Below are positions 27,742 to 42,132 of a stretch of DNA of 64,000 nt, piece after piece. Position 1 is the stretch's first letter; each line of letters starts with the position of its first letter. The position numbers and the translations under genes were made by a program. Below the pieces are notes generated by a model. It saw only the letters and a program-made list of their open reading frames with translations. It made no database searches and was not told where the DNA came from. Source of the DNA: Octopus sinensis. Taxonomy: Eukaryota. The DNA is taken from NCBI RefSeq assembly GCF_006345805.1, contig NC_043017.1, positions 26,226,001 to 26,290,000 of the forward strand, given 5' to 3'.

Positions 27742-29051
27742 TATCTTTGATATGTACTGCATTTCCCCTAACACTATCCATTACGCCATTTTTTTAAGAC
27801 AGCGTTTGTATATTGCAGGAGACCTACTTCGTATTTCCATAACGTTGAGAAAGTTGATCAATTCTGCACACTGACAGCTCTTACTCAGCATAGTAATTAT
27901 TACAATTCGTGTATGTCTCATAAGTCTTACTATATGCTATGTTCGTAAAAGTAATTGATTTTCTTCTAAAATTAGGGAATTTCGCTAACAGTAGGCGCCG
28001 AGTTTTAAACAGTCAGCAGACAAGCTATTTTATTTGACACACTAGAAATATATCGTGTTAATCAAGTAACTGCTGGGAAGCCGAAATCTGTGCTTGTTAG
28101 CCATCAATAGATTATTAGCCCTATTCATGTCAGGAAAATGGCAAACATGTGATTTGTCACATCTGTTCGTTTCGTTGTGAAAATTTACAGACGAAGAATA
28201 AATTGTAGAAGTAAGATAGAACTGGAAACTGAAACTCTGTCAAGTTACAAATGAAGTAACTGCAATATCAATTGAATTATGTCTATGGTAAATCAGTGAC
28301 AAGATTCATGAAAACTTACTGATCTTAAGATCTGCTTCTTATACTCATATAATCGAAAGTAGTCCAAATATAAGATAGCAACACACATAGCTATATGCCC
28401 ATTTCATGTCGGAAATTTACGAATTGTTTGAGCAGACTTGCTATAGGTTTTAGTACAGGCTACGTTGTTCGCGATACAAGCTTCCATCCAATCACCCACC
28501 TATTAATACATTCACTCATCCTATGTTTGCTGAACTGTTTCCGGAGTCAAACCCTAAATCCTTTCGATCATCCAAATCCCCATCCATCCATATGCCCATC
28601 CATCAATTCAAACATGTAGCCACCCATCCATTCATCCACCCATCAAACCATCCATCCATCCATCCATCCATCCATCCATGCATTTATCAGTCATTCATTC
28701 TTTAGTTCCATCCAATATTCACCGGAATATCGTGTTGGTAGATTCCTCCGGATTCCCCCACTTCACTCCATGTGCTCCTCTCAGAAGCCGCCGCCATAGC
28801 ACTTTTTTCGGGATTATCAAGCACGGCAATCTGAGACCACGAATATTATACAATCATTGACTTTCCTTCTAACCCCTTGATGTCGAATCGGTTACTTAAA
28901 GAATCTGTCATGCAATCCATTCCTACGACAGTCTAGCCACATGCGAGTTATATCGGAGCTATGGTCTCTGAATGCGCAGAAGTAGCGGATCAGCTTGGAG
29001 TGACTCACTGATATCCGTGCCATGTACGCCTTATAATTTATATTAAATATA

Positions 29052-29345
29052 CAGGGTGATTAAAAACTCACCATACATAGGAACAATTTATTTTTTATAA
29101 GAAACAGGCTCTTATATGGTTACCATCGTTTTGAATACACATAGCCATACGTGTACCCGACTTATTGTGAACTCGTTATAGCACATCTGTTGATACGTGT
29201 GCAAAGGAGTTGGCGATGCGTTCCTTCAAATTATTCATGTATTTTATCTTCCCGCGATACACCATGCCTTTCAAATGCCCCCCAAAGATAGAAATGGAGA
29301 GAGGTCAGATCAAGGAATCTCAGGGATCTTATGAACTGTGTCTTA
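29052..29345 (-). pseudogene. Tc1/mariner transposase C-terminal remnant with terminal TA|CAGGGTG
   Basis: Minus translation DSLI*PLSISIFGGHLKGMVYRGKIKYMNNLKERIANSFAHV..MCIQNDGNHI resembles SPDLTPLDF.LWG.LK..VY..GGH.E. TA-CAGGGTG lies at 29050-29058. Confidence 0.7.
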
Positions 29346-30229
29346 TAAAAGATAATTTCTCCCTATTTATGTTAATACGGTATTGAAGAATAACATGTTT
29401 AGTTTCCAAGTTACGTAACAGAGTAATGTCAATACTTCATTTCAGTAGGAAATCTTTCGTCTTCAAGTAATGTTCCAGCGTAAAATAATTAGCAAGTAAA
29501 ATAATTCCTTTAATACATCCACAATGCTCTCATTTTTCATCTGCTGCAAGACAATATATAAGTTTTATTGTGGTCCACAAGTTTTATACTCTATGTCACC
29601 ATATTATAACCAAAGAATATATTTCTTTACATTTGCTCTTCTCTTTTATTATTATTCTTCTGTTTCTTTCTTTTTACAATAATTTTTTTTCTATCTTTGT
29701 TCAATCACTATAAAAGCACAAACAAAACTTGTTGCTTTTATTAACCGTAAAATATATAAATGTATGCAACAAAGAAAAATATCAAAATAACAAAACAAGA
29801 CATTTCGCAATGTACGTACTACATAAGTGCTATTTCAAGACTACTGTATATTTATCATATCTGCATTTATCGAATTTCATTATATTCGCAATGTTTTGCA
29901 CTTGCTAGGAAACATGGCAGACGAGTTCACCTGGCCTTTCTCTCTGTAAGACGAAAACAGTCTTGTAATGATACTCAGTTTTCTTTTATTAGACTTTCAA
30001 GATTCTGGTTTATTCTCAGACTGTTTTTAATGTTGAATTTCTTTTATTTATGGTTCTCTTTTAGTCTTTAACTCTATCTAACTCGTTCTTCAACGTGTTT
30101 CATTATAGAATGACGTATCTATGATGCATATCAGAAGGTTGTGTCTTTCCAATCGCAAAACTGTAATTCTTGCTTCGATATTTTTAGAATTCTGTTAAAA
30201 TTATATGGTGATCAATATGATAAAGAATA

Positions 30230-30740
30230 TGATAATGGCGATGATAAGTATTACAATGCTTCTCATAATGATTAGGAAGACGATGTCAATGATGATAAAA
30301 AAGTTGTAATTAGGATAATGGTGGCGACATTGATGTGGTGGTGGTAGTGGTGAGATGAGAATCATAAATGCAAAATTTATAATTATTTCAATCAGTATGA
30401 TGATGATGATAATGATGATGGTGATGGTGATGATGATGAAGATGATGATGATTATTATGATGATGATGATGATGATGATTAAGGTGACGACGTAGAGCAC
30501 TCAGAAGTGATGATGACGAAGAGAACGATTCTGACGGTGATGGTGGTGGTGGTGCGAATGGATGTTAGTGATGATGATGGATATTGGTGATGATGGTGGT
30601 TGTTGTGATAATATTGGTGATGGTAGCGGTGGTGATGATGGTAGCGGTGGTGATAATGTTAGTGCTTATGATGGATATCATAATTGTGGTGGTGGTGGTG
30701 GTGATGGTTAGGGTTGTGATTATGGATGTGGCGATGATGA
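30230..30740. repeat. Degenerate (GAT)n/(GGT)n trinucleotide region
   Basis: Direct reading. Confidence 0.9.
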
Positions 30741-31188
30741 TAGTGGTGGATGATTGAACTTTTAAATGTTAAAACTCGTTGTTCAATCCAAATTACTTTA
30801 AAAGCGAAGGTTTCAAACTGATAATCCAGTTACAGTGGTGCTCATTCGGTCGGCCGATGGATTATCATGCAACAGCTATGATAATCTCAACGATTAATTT
30901 GGCGAAGTCCGACACTGGATTTGATGAGAGGAAAAGAGAAATGATGATTATATGAGTTCTTTCGTTCTTTTACTTGTATCAGTCATTTGTCTGCGACCAT
31001 GCTGAAGCATCGCCTTTTGAGAGGAAAACACCGAACCCAGAGCATTATTCTTTGTAAGCCTGGTACTTATTTTATAGTTTTCTTTTGCCGAGCCGCTAAG
31101 TTACGGTGCGTAAACACACCAACATTAGTTGTCAAGCATTTATGGAGGTGGGACACAACACAAACACAGACACACAAACATATACATA

Positions 31189-31246
<58 letters not shown>

Positions 31247-31263
31247 TACATACACACACACAT

Positions 31264-31294
<31 letters not shown>

Positions 31295-31440
31295 CAAAGA
31301 GCAATAAAGATTCAAGTTAATTTTAAAAATTTACTTGAATATGGTACCTAACTTAGATGCACCAAAAAAACTATACTGATTTAACAATACAGTATGTGGG
31401 GTGATTATAAGCGAGAAAGAAGCAACAAGAATGGATAGGT

Positions 31441-31530
31441 TTTTAGTACGATCGTTTCATACAAGGACAGGTTTTATTAAAGTTGCAAAGATTACAGCAT
31501 ATAAACGAGTCCCGTACTCATCAGCTAAAA
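31441..31530 (-). ncRNA. Type-I hammerhead ribozyme motif (HH2, left arm)
   Basis: Reverse complement of 31721-31811. Confidence 0.85.
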
Positions 31531-31720
31531 TACATGTAAGTTCTCTAGACATCCTAGTGTTTGAGGCTATACTCATGAAGTAATGTAGATAATTAAACAG
31601 ATTTCTAAAGTTCATTAAAGTTCTTTAAAGAACTTTAATGAACTTTAGAAATCTGTTAATTATCTACATACTTCATGAGTATAGCCTCAAACACTAGGAT
31701 GTCTAGAGAACTTACATGTA

Positions 31721-31811
31721 TTTTAGCTGATGAGTACGGGACTCGTTTATATGCTGTAATCTTTGCAACTTTTAATAAAACCTGTCCTTGTATGAAACGA
31801 TCGTACTAAAA
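31721..31811 (+). ncRNA. Type-I hammerhead ribozyme motif (HH2, right arm)
   Basis: TTTTAG-CTGATGA-GTACGGGAC..GTCCTTGTAT-GAAA-CGATCG-TA-CTAAAA. 6-bp stem I, 9-bp stem II with a bulge and large loop, palindromic stem III, predicted GUA cleavage after 31805. Confidence 0.87.
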
Positions 31812-32642
31812 CCTATCCATTCTTGTTGCTTCTTTCTCGCGTATATATATATATATATATATACACGACGGGTTTCTTTCAGTTTCTGTCTACCAGATCA
31901 ACTGACAAGGATTCGTCGGCCCGAAGCTATAGGAGAAGGAAGTTTCCCAAGATGTTACGTAGTGGGACCGAACCCAGAACCAGGTGGTTGGCAAGCAAGC
32001 TACTTACCACAATGCCACCCCTGCGCCTAGTTGTATGTATTTATTTTTCTTTTATGCAGGCTTCATTGGATTAGATGTAGAAATCTGGCGTATATGCATT
32101 TACTTGGTCTATTAAGCAGTCCAACATAAAATTTTTGCATAAACTAAATTGAATAATATAGTTTCTCTCATAATCGTTCTGTTCCACGCAATGAGTTAGA
32201 AATGAGAAATTCTATGATAATAATCGTAGATTAGAATTTCTGTTACACCATCGCAATACTGATCGAATAATCAGCGTCATATTGATGAATCTTAGCAGAA
32301 AGTTTACTCCCAATAGCGAAGAACCTGTTTTCAGAGGTACGATGAGTCTTTTTTCAGCAGTTTTGTCGTCGCCCATCTGACGTCATGAATTCGTCACTGA
32401 TGTCTGACGTCTCTTTTTCTCTACATCTCTCACTTTTTCCCTTACACTCCCTTTCTCTCTCCCTTTTTTCCCTCTCTGTCTTTGTCTCTGTTTGCTTGTC
32501 TCTCTTCATGTGTGTGAAAATATTTTTCTTCGTATGTATGAGGAGCAGAAAATAGTTATGTCAGTTGCATTCAACTAATATATTGTTCTCTCACTATATC
32601 TCCCTCACCTTTCACTACCACTCTTTCTTTCTTTCTTTCTTC

Positions 32643-32673
<31 letters not shown>

Positions 32674-32740
32674 TATGTTTTCTTTCTCTCTCTCTCTCTC
32701 TAGTTATACCAACTGTGTTTAATATATAGTACTCTCTTAT

Positions 32741-32965
32741 AAGGCGGCGAGCTGCCAGAGTCGTTAGCGCGCCGGGCGAAATGCGTAGCGGTATTTTGTC
32801 TGTCGTTACGTTCTGAGTTCAAATTCCGCCGAGGTCGACTTTGCCTTTCATCCTTTCGGGGTCGATAAATAAAGTACCTTCATCTAATCCCAAACTGTAA
32901 TCAACTTAATCCCTTTGCCTGTCCTTGTTTGTCCTCTCTGTTTTTATCCCCTTGTGGGTAGTAAA
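32741..32965 (+). mobile_element. SINE family B, followed by a decayed family A 3' half (about 32980-33150)
   Basis: AAGGCGGCGAGCTGCCAGAGTCGTTAGC..GAGTTCAAATTCCGCCGAGG..CCCTTGTGGGTAGTAAAG. Confidence 0.85.
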
Positions 32966-33989
32966 GAATTATATAGTACTCTACATATGTTGGTGTATTT
33001 ACTTTCCCGTAATTTGGCGGTTCGGAAAAAGAGACCGGTGGAATATGTACGAAGCATGCAAACCATACTGGTGTCGATTTCTTCAACTAACAATTCTTCA
33101 AAGCAGTGCCCTAGCTTGGCTGCAATCTAATTAGTGAAGCACGTAAAAAGATAAAGATAAATGATATATGCGTGTAGATATATACTTATATCTACAGCAA
33201 TATTTATATACAGAGACACTGTACACACAGACAAACACATATTACACAATTGAATTTCATGTGTGGTGGGCTAGAGAGATGTCTTACAGCTTATTGTTTC
33301 GTTGTCATGGAAACTAAATTAGAAGTAAAGAAACAGTCTCACGTTAATGTAAACAAGACTAATCAATGATTTGTATATGCTTTCATAACACAAATATATG
33401 ACTTAATTGAATGAAATATATTTTAAGATAGTTTATAGTCTAATGGGCTAATGTAGTAATTGCATTACCAGATAATTACTTTCACATCCAGTTTATGATA
33501 TATAATAATAAATGTTAGTTTAAAACTATCTGAATGGTAAATAGTATGCATTAAATATTATGCGTAAGAATATCAATAATATGTTCTGTTCGAAATATAT
33601 TAATATTGTCTAACTTTAACGTTTGTAGAAAAAAATATACTATTATTATCATCAGCTAAATTCTCTTCGTCAAAACATTTTCTGGCAGCCATTGTCGTGT
33701 GCGTAGACGTAACAGAATAATACTTATACTTTGTCAACATAAGTATGATTAAACTTCAAGTAGAAAATATTGATTTATTAAGTGGGTTTGTTAATTGACT
33801 AACTATGTATAGAAATTTATTTTACAACAGTGAATTAACTAAGAATATCCGCCAACTCCCCCGTTCGATCTTTTTGTATCTATATATTTTATTGCATCGT
33901 GGTTCATGAATATGTGACATTATTTTCATGCACGTTAAATATAGATACATAGGTGGAATAGTAAATATTTAAATATATAGATAGGGTGA

Positions 33990-34952
33990 AGGCGGCCAGC
34001 TGGTAGAACCGTTAGCACGCCGGGTGAAATGTCTAGCGGTATTTCGTCTGCCGTTACTTACTGATTTCAAATTCCGCCGAAGTCGACTTTGCCTTTCATC
34101 CTTTCGAGGTCGATAAATTAAGTACCAGTTACGCACTGGGGTCGATGTAATCGACTTAATACCTATGTCTGTCCTTGTTTATCCCCTCTGTGTTTAGCCC
34201 CTTGTGGGTAATAAAGAAATACGTATTTCGTCTGCCGTTACGTTCTGATGCCAAATGCCGCCGAGGTTGACATTGCCTTTCATCATTTCGAGGTCAATAA
34301 ATTAAGTACCAGTTACGAACGGGGGTTGATGTAATCAACTAAATCACTTTGTCTGTCCTTGTTTGTCCTCTCTGTGTTTAGCCCCTTGTGGGTAATAAAG
34401 AAATACGTATTTCGTCTGCCGTTACGTTCTGATGCCAAATGCCGCCGAGGTTGACTTTGCCTTTCATCATTTCGAGGTCGATAAATTAAGTACCAGTTAC
34501 GAACGGGGGTTGATGTAATCAACTAAATCCCTTTGTCTGTCCTTGTTTGTCGCCTCTGTGTTTAGCCCCTTGTGGGTAATAAAGACATACGTATTTCGTC
34601 TGCCGTTACGTTCTGATGCCAAATGCCGCCGAGGTTGACTTTGCCTTTCATCATTTCGAGGTCGATAAATTAAGTACCAGTTACGAACGGGGGTTGATGT
34701 AATCAACTAAATCCCTTTGTCTGTCCTTGTTTGTCGCCTCTGTGTTTAGCCCCTTGTGGGTAATAAAGACATACGTATTTCGTCTGCCGTTACGTTCTGA
34801 TGCCAAATGCCGCCGAGGTTGACTTTGCCTTTCATCATTTCGAGGTCGATAAATTAAGTACCAGTTACGAACGGGGGTTGATGTAATCAACTAAATCCCT
34901 TTGTCTGTCCTTGTTTGTCCCCTCTATGTTTAGCCCCTTGTGGGTAATAAAG
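33990..34952 (+). repeat. SINE family B plus four tandem head-less copies (184-bp period)
   Basis: GTATTTCGTCTGCCGTTAC recurs at 34039, 34223, 34407, 34591 and 34775. Confidence 0.93.
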
Positions 34953-36226
34953 CGACATTTATAGACGGACTGAAGGAGACATAGACTGACAGAGACAGAG
35001 ACAGATAGAGATGTTGATAGAAATAATAGTCAAAGAAACCTGAACGCATTTCAGGATACGACGCTCTGTTTATTTTCTCTCACTCTACGTTAAAATTATT
35101 AGCTGTTGGTGAGCAACCAAGCAGTTGAGGTTTCGTGCTCGCAATGCAGATACCAGGTTTACATAAACATGTTGTCAAAGTATCAAGAGCATTTACAGGT
35201 AAACACTGTAATAAAATACTTTAATTAAAGCATTCAGGCTTGTAAGCGTGCTTCTTAACCGATCACATTCTTAGGAAAATCATGTTTGTAATGGTATTTA
35301 ATTTACAAGTAGCAGTCAAAAGCAAAATAATTTCCTTGCTTCCTTTCCTAATGAGGAACATGTTTATCTACAGTTATAGATCACTGATGATAGAAACGTC
35401 TGTAACAATTGTTGTCGTAACACCATATCGTTTACATTTTTCGCAACGCCATATAGTTTACATTTTGTGTACGATATATATTCCCTTCTTAACGTTAGAA
35501 TATTTTTCCAGCTTCATTTTAAATGATGTAACTTTTGTATTTGTTCGTAAAGAATATTGTTATGAGTTTGTGTTTTAAAACAAAACCCTGATGTGTATTG
35601 TGAAGGTCAGTACACCCGAATTAACTGAGACACGCACTGGTCCAGTATCACTTCTCTATCATAAGTCACTCGATTAAACTCCTAACCGATTAACTAACGT
35701 ATTGTTTGTTTAAAGTGTTAGTTAAGTAATCAATCGGTTGTCTGTCAAATTTCTGTCATCACAATTCGAAACCGAGTCGATAACATGCACTCTCCCATCG
35801 GGATCTGCCTTGAGTGTATCTGGAAAGTAGTCTTACTCCTGTGCATATGTACACTTGTATGCATGTATATATGTCTTGTGGCCTTGAAGGCAAGGAAAGA
35901 AAGGGGCCGAACGAAATATATATGGGTGTGTGTGTATGTGGTTCTGTGTACAGAGGCAGGATTGTGTCTTTGTGGATTGTGTGTTTGTGAGCCATTTCCT
36001 TTATAATAATTTTGGTAAATATCATAATTACCTCATTGTGCATATGTATATCAGTAAAATATTGTTAGTGTTACTAATGTGAAGTTGTTGTGAATGCTGA
36101 TTAGACAAATACATGTAACCAAATAAGTATAATTAACTTAATTAAATATCTGTCTATATGTGATGGAAATCTCATGTCATCTACTATCTATCTATGTATC
36201 TCTCTCACGCTCTCACTCTATCTTTC

Positions 36227-36263
<37 letters not shown>

Positions 36264-36284
36264 ATATATATATATATAACAAAG

Positions 36285-36540
36285 GACCACTCCGTCGGTT
36301 ACGACGACGAGGGTCCCAGCTGATACGATCGAACAAACAGCTTGCTCGTGAAACTGACATGCAAGTGGCTGAGCATTCCACAGACACGCGTACCCTTAAA
36401 GTACAAATACTGCTCACTTTTGAATGGACGGGAGCGACGTGAAAAAGTATCTTACTGAAGGACACAACGCTTTGCCAGGAATTGAACCCCGAACTTACGA
36501 TCGTGAGCCAAATGCTGTAACTACTAAACCACGCGCCTCC
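36285..36540 (-). mobile_element. SINE family C, internally deleted
   Basis: Minus strand reads GGAGGCGCGTGGTTTAGTAG..GTTCAATTCCTGG and ends in the shared tail CCCTCGTCGTCGTAACCGACGGAGT. Confidence 0.78.
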
Positions 36541-36552
36541 ATGTTTAAAATT

Positions 36553-36605
<53 letters not shown>

Positions 36606-36622
36606 GTGTGTGTGTGTGTGTG

Positions 36623-36665
<43 letters not shown>

Positions 36666-38171
36666 TGTGTTTAAAATTCTGAATATAACTTTGGTCTTTA
36701 GTATGTTTTCTAAATATGTAAAAAAATAAGAAACAAATTATCTACTAGACTTTTGTTAATAAAAAAATATATGTATATTATGTAATAAATATATGATAAA
36801 ATAAATAACAAATGTGATAAAATAGTTTGTTTATCATTTCCAATGATACTTCCATAGATATTTACGAAGCCCTAAGCTACATAAATATCTTGAAAATGTC
36901 ATCTCTAAAAATTTTTCGATTTTTTATATTCGTGGCAGCGGACTCCATCTCAGGAAAGTAAAAATTCAGTTTAAATATGACTGTTAGTATTGATTTAGTC
37001 AGACGGATAAATAATAGTAGTAATTTAGCTCGAAAAAGCTGAACTCATGCCACGTCGTTTTGAACAGATCGCACAAATCATTGAAAATGGGTTAGAACCG
37101 AATTTAAATATTACAGCGTCGCTTTAGCACAGTTGTCAGCAATGAAATATGGAACTCTAAAACAATATGAAGTTGATTAATGAAAGACTTCATTTTCTTT
37201 GCATGTTGACCGAAGAAAAATAGAATTTTAGCATGGCAGCAGCACTAAAGATTTTCTACAGTTTTATATGAACAAAAATTTTAAACAGGGAAGAACGGCT
37301 TGGAGCCATATTTGGTTACGCCGCAGCCATTAATCATTTTGTATCAAAGGATAAGCTTCTTTGGCTTTTAGTAATGGAACCGAAACGTAAAATCTCAGAA
37401 ATGGAAATATATTAATGGAGCAAACTTCGAATATATTCTATAGTTATTTCTAGTTATTTCTATAGAATGAATTCAAGAAATTTTAAAGAAGCTTCGAAGT
37501 ACAAAAAACTGGGAAATTCGTTGAAAATAATTCAATAGAAGTGATCTTGTTCTACTCTTGATCCAGTCCCGTGTGATTCGGAGAGTATATCACTATTTCA
37601 CATCACGTCCCTGCATCACATTCATCACCCCACTTACATGAGAGTATATTTTACATGTTTCAATTATTATGGGATGTCTATGATAAGGTTTTATTGACGT
37701 TCGGTTCATACTTTTCTTTAGATATTTCTATCAACATAGAAATTTTTATTTCTATTTCGCGAGACATGCATCCTGACATGATATATGTAATTTCCTCATA
37801 AATGTTTGTGTATGTGTGTGTGTGTCTGTGAGTCTGTATCTGTGTGTTAGTATGTCTGTGTGTATGCGTATGTGTTTGTAAGTGCATCATAAAATGTCAT
37901 TGTCCACGCTAGATGTAGATATTCGAAGTTGAAAGTTCCACCATTCCCATTTGAGAGATTCTCCAATCTGCCATCTTTCTAGCGATAAAAACAATAATGG
38001 AGGTTATTGGTTACAGTCTTCGTAGACATGATATAAGGAAACACATAATTCTTTCCATTCCACAGACTACAGAACATGCTAAAATTATAGATAATAGTCA
38101 AGGCTAAACCGTCCATAACACAAGCAAAATTTGGATAACTGTCGACTGATAGCACTTATCATATGGGATGG

Positions 38172-38533
38172 AAGCACTCCGTCGGTTACGACGACGAGGG
38201 TTCCGGTTGATCCGATCAACGGGACAGCCTGCTCATGAAATTAACGTGTAAGTGGCTGAGCACTCCACAGACACGTGTACACTTAACGTAGTTCTCGGGG
38301 ATATTCAGCGTGACACAGAGAGTGACAAGGCCGACCCTTTGAAATACAGGTACAACAGAAACAGGAAGTAAGAGTGAGAGAAAGTTATGGTGAAAGAGTA
38401 CAGCAGGGATCGCCACCATCCCCTGCCGGAGCCTCGTGGAGCTTTAGGTGTTTTCGCTCAATAAACACTCACAACGCCCGGGCTGGGAATCGAAACCGCG
38501 ATCCTATGACCGCGAGTCCGCTGCCCTAACCAC
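38172..38533 (-). mobile_element. SINE family D (tail shared with C)
   Basis: Near-colinear with 11808-12172; extreme 5' end missing. Confidence 0.85.
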
Positions 38534-38774
38534 TTATCATATATAGGTAAAGGTAAGAAAAGCTTAGACTATATAATTATAAATCAAGTATGATAATGGG
38601 TAGTTTGCATCATTAAAAAAACAATTCAATCTGCCATATTTCCGAGACAGTATTCTATAAACATACACTTCTTTTCCGGAGAAGGATAAACAATTATTTT
38701 GTTAGTGACATGCGATGCCTACTTCCTAAGCTATGTATGTCAAGTGTTATATATTTATATTACTTTACTGCTGA

Positions 38775-38987
38775 CAAGGGGCTAAACACAGAGGGGACAA
38801 ACAAGGACAGACCAAGGGATTGAGTCGATTATATCGCCCCCAGTGCGAAACTGGTACTTAATTTATCGACCCCGAAAGGATGAAAGGCTAAGTCGACCTC
38901 GGCGGAATTTGAACTCAGAACGTAACGACAGACGAAATATCGCTAAGCATTTCACCCGGCGTGCTAACGTTTCTGCCAGCTCGCCGT
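38775..38987 (-). mobile_element. SINE family B
   Basis: Colinear with 13845-14066. Confidence 0.87.
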
Positions 38988-40952
38988 GTTATATATTGTT
39001 GCATTATCTACAGCAGGACGAATTTAGCATGAATATTCTTTCAATCCTACACTATAGGCAAAATCCCCTTATGTTTAACATATTGAATATTGTTTCAAGT
39101 AATATATTTCATCTAGAACGGGATTTCTCAACCATTTTTTTACGTATCGACCCCTTTGATTACTAATTTATTCTGGTGGAGCCCTGTAGCCATTCGATGC
39201 TTAAAAACTAGTTTTAGAGAAATCACTTTCAAAATTCAAATTAGACTTTTCACACATAGTCTTGTGCAAGTTGTATTATACAAAATGCTGGAGAAAGAAA
39301 TCTAGATGTTTCATGCAATACACACCAATACCTACATAATACAAAATTATTTCAGAGGCCCTTAAAAAGCTCTTGAATCACCGATACACTACTTTGTTGC
39401 GTGGTCCCTAAATACCTTTTATGGACCCACGGTGGCTATATGGATCCCGGTTAAAAACCAGTGGTCTCGATATATATTAGAGCACATTAATCAGCTTTCT
39501 GTGACCCAAAACAGAATTTTAAATATCTTACAAATGTCTCTATTAGTTTACAAATAAATTGTTAAACAGAGATGTAATATATTTCATTTCTAGATCGAAG
39601 AACAAAAGTGTGTTGCACTTGCTTAAATCTAGCCCGTGTTTTCCGCCGACTCTGTATATTGCGGGTAAACTTTGCAACTAGTTGCAAAAATATAGATAAG
39701 GCTCCCTGAATATGAATAAAAGCGAACAAACTAACACTTCACTTTCATTGAATTTACACCAGTAATCAGAACAGGTTGTTTTGCAACTCGTTGTTAGAAT
39801 TGGTGTTAGTCTATTTATAAATTAATAGGTAAAGCAATGAATGAGATGTTATTTTGGATCCGTAGCTTATTTCTAAAATTCTGTTAATTTTAAAATTATT
39901 TTTTTTTAAAAACCAATAATTTTGGTCTTGCATACAAAAGCTTTATCAATTGCAAATATTTATTGCACAACCCATTTCAATTGCAAAAGAAAATTATGGT
40001 ACAACCGCCTGAGACCGCCCCTACATCGGTGTTAATAATACTCCATTTTTAAATGATATATTTAAATACCTTTCACAAATGTTCCTTTTAATTAATATTT
40101 ATAACATCAGATCAATAACAACAAATTGTTTTAATAAATTTTGCATTATCTTCTAAATTGCATGTAACAAAATTAGTGTATGATGATAAAAATAGGGTAT
40201 GGTTTTCGCTATGTTGAAATGGCGTGGGTTAAACCGAAAATATTTTCAATTTCAATCGCATTAAATAAAGAAAACCATCGCTTTGTAAAAATTGCCTATC
40301 TATGTGCTGTTGTTTCACTTCATTATTTATACGTCATGATTTCTGACCGTACCCCAAAACATATTATTTCGGGTTCGACTACGACCGTAATTCTAGAAAG
40401 GTAAAGCCTGGTTATTTAACAGACTATCCTGTTTTCCCAGAAAGAATCGTAACATGGGAATGAATCTACAAGGGAAACATTGGATATGAAATATCCAAAT
40501 GTTGTTGCGTGGTTTGCAATGATATCAGAAACAGGCTTATAATGGATACGACAACATTACAACCAGGTGTATCGTATTTTCAAACTTTTGCGGGGATTGG
40601 GGCAGGTAACCTTAGATAACTCACATGGGTAACATTTTCCTCACGGACAGAAATTCACGAGTAAATGAATATATACAGGTGCACAGAAAAAACACACCAG
40701 GCGGAAATACACACACACGTCCACACAGAGACGGACACACACACAAACACAGACACACACAGAGTCATACGCACATTTCAGTTGATAAGCAAATAAAATT
40801 AAGCGCACACGTATGTATGTGCGTTCTTGCGCGCGTGCGAATGTGATTGTACGATTGTATGTTTGTGTATGGAATGTGTGATGTATACTCTCTGCTATAA
40901 GCTCAAGGCCACTGCTTCGCTAATACATATTTCACACACACACACACACACG

Positions 40953-40984
<32 letters not shown>

Positions 40985-40999
40985 CTCTTTTCCTCTTTT

Positions 41000-41559
<560 letters not shown>

Positions 41560-42085
41560 ATAGAAATATGGTACAAAATGAAATTAGAAACTACACGTGG
41601 TAATGGTAAGGTGAAAGTAAGAAAGATAAGAATTGGAAATCAAAACAAATTAAAGGCATTTTACGAAAACTCGAAATCAGTATAGTTTGGACCTAGAACA
41701 AAAAAAAAAAAAACGAAATGCCGCTTGGAATTTCCTCCAGCTTGTCATCTAAATTATGTGTGATATCTGTGAGTTTAATATATCACGTTCAAGATTGTAT
41801 AAAATTCTAGTTGGTTTTTACGCCCGAATCAAAATTGTAGCAAGCAAGCTTATGAATATAGACACTCACAAAGATGTATTTTTTCTTATGAAATAGAAAA
41901 TATTTATCAAAGTTCATTAGCTTAACATTTAGATTTAGGTAAACATAACTAGAACGCGGGGCAACAGGCGTGGAAATTTGAGTGTTTCTCAGGAGGGATG
42001 CATACATTTCTAAATGTTTATCTCTGTTGTGAATTTCTTTTTCAGTCATATGTGTATGCACACACGTACACACACTCCGATACAT

Positions 42086-42132
<47 letters not shown>

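Larger units (their letters stand above)
31297..31840. mobile_element. HHR family HH2 fold-back element: about 430-bp spacerless palindrome (31411-31840, centre 31626/31627) with longer left arm
   Basis: The arms are reverse complements apart from a few single-base indels. Each arm carries an HHR pointing outward. (TA)n/(CA)n flanks; no ORF. Confidence 0.85.
30960..32029 (-). mobile_element. SINE family A split in two (3' half 30960-31160, 5' half 31865-32029) by insertion of the HH2 fold-back element into its internal microsatellite
   Basis: The two halves are colinear and co-oriented, and join at the position where other family A copies carry (TA)n/(CA)n. Confidence 0.8.

Noticed and set aside
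27266-27778. 33-bp repeats (and the 184-bp array at 34 kb) as CRISPR-like arrays
   Set aside because: The repeats are contiguous with no unique spacers, the context is eukaryotic, and no cas genes are present.
35371-35406. CTGATGA-TA-GAAACGTC with flanking GTTATAGA/TCTGTAAC pairing as an HHR
   Set aside because: There is no stem II or stem III and stem I is not adjacent to the core; at best a decayed remnant.
37030-37500. Protein-like degenerate stretch (possible old transposase)
   Set aside because: Many stops and no diagnostic motif could be assigned.
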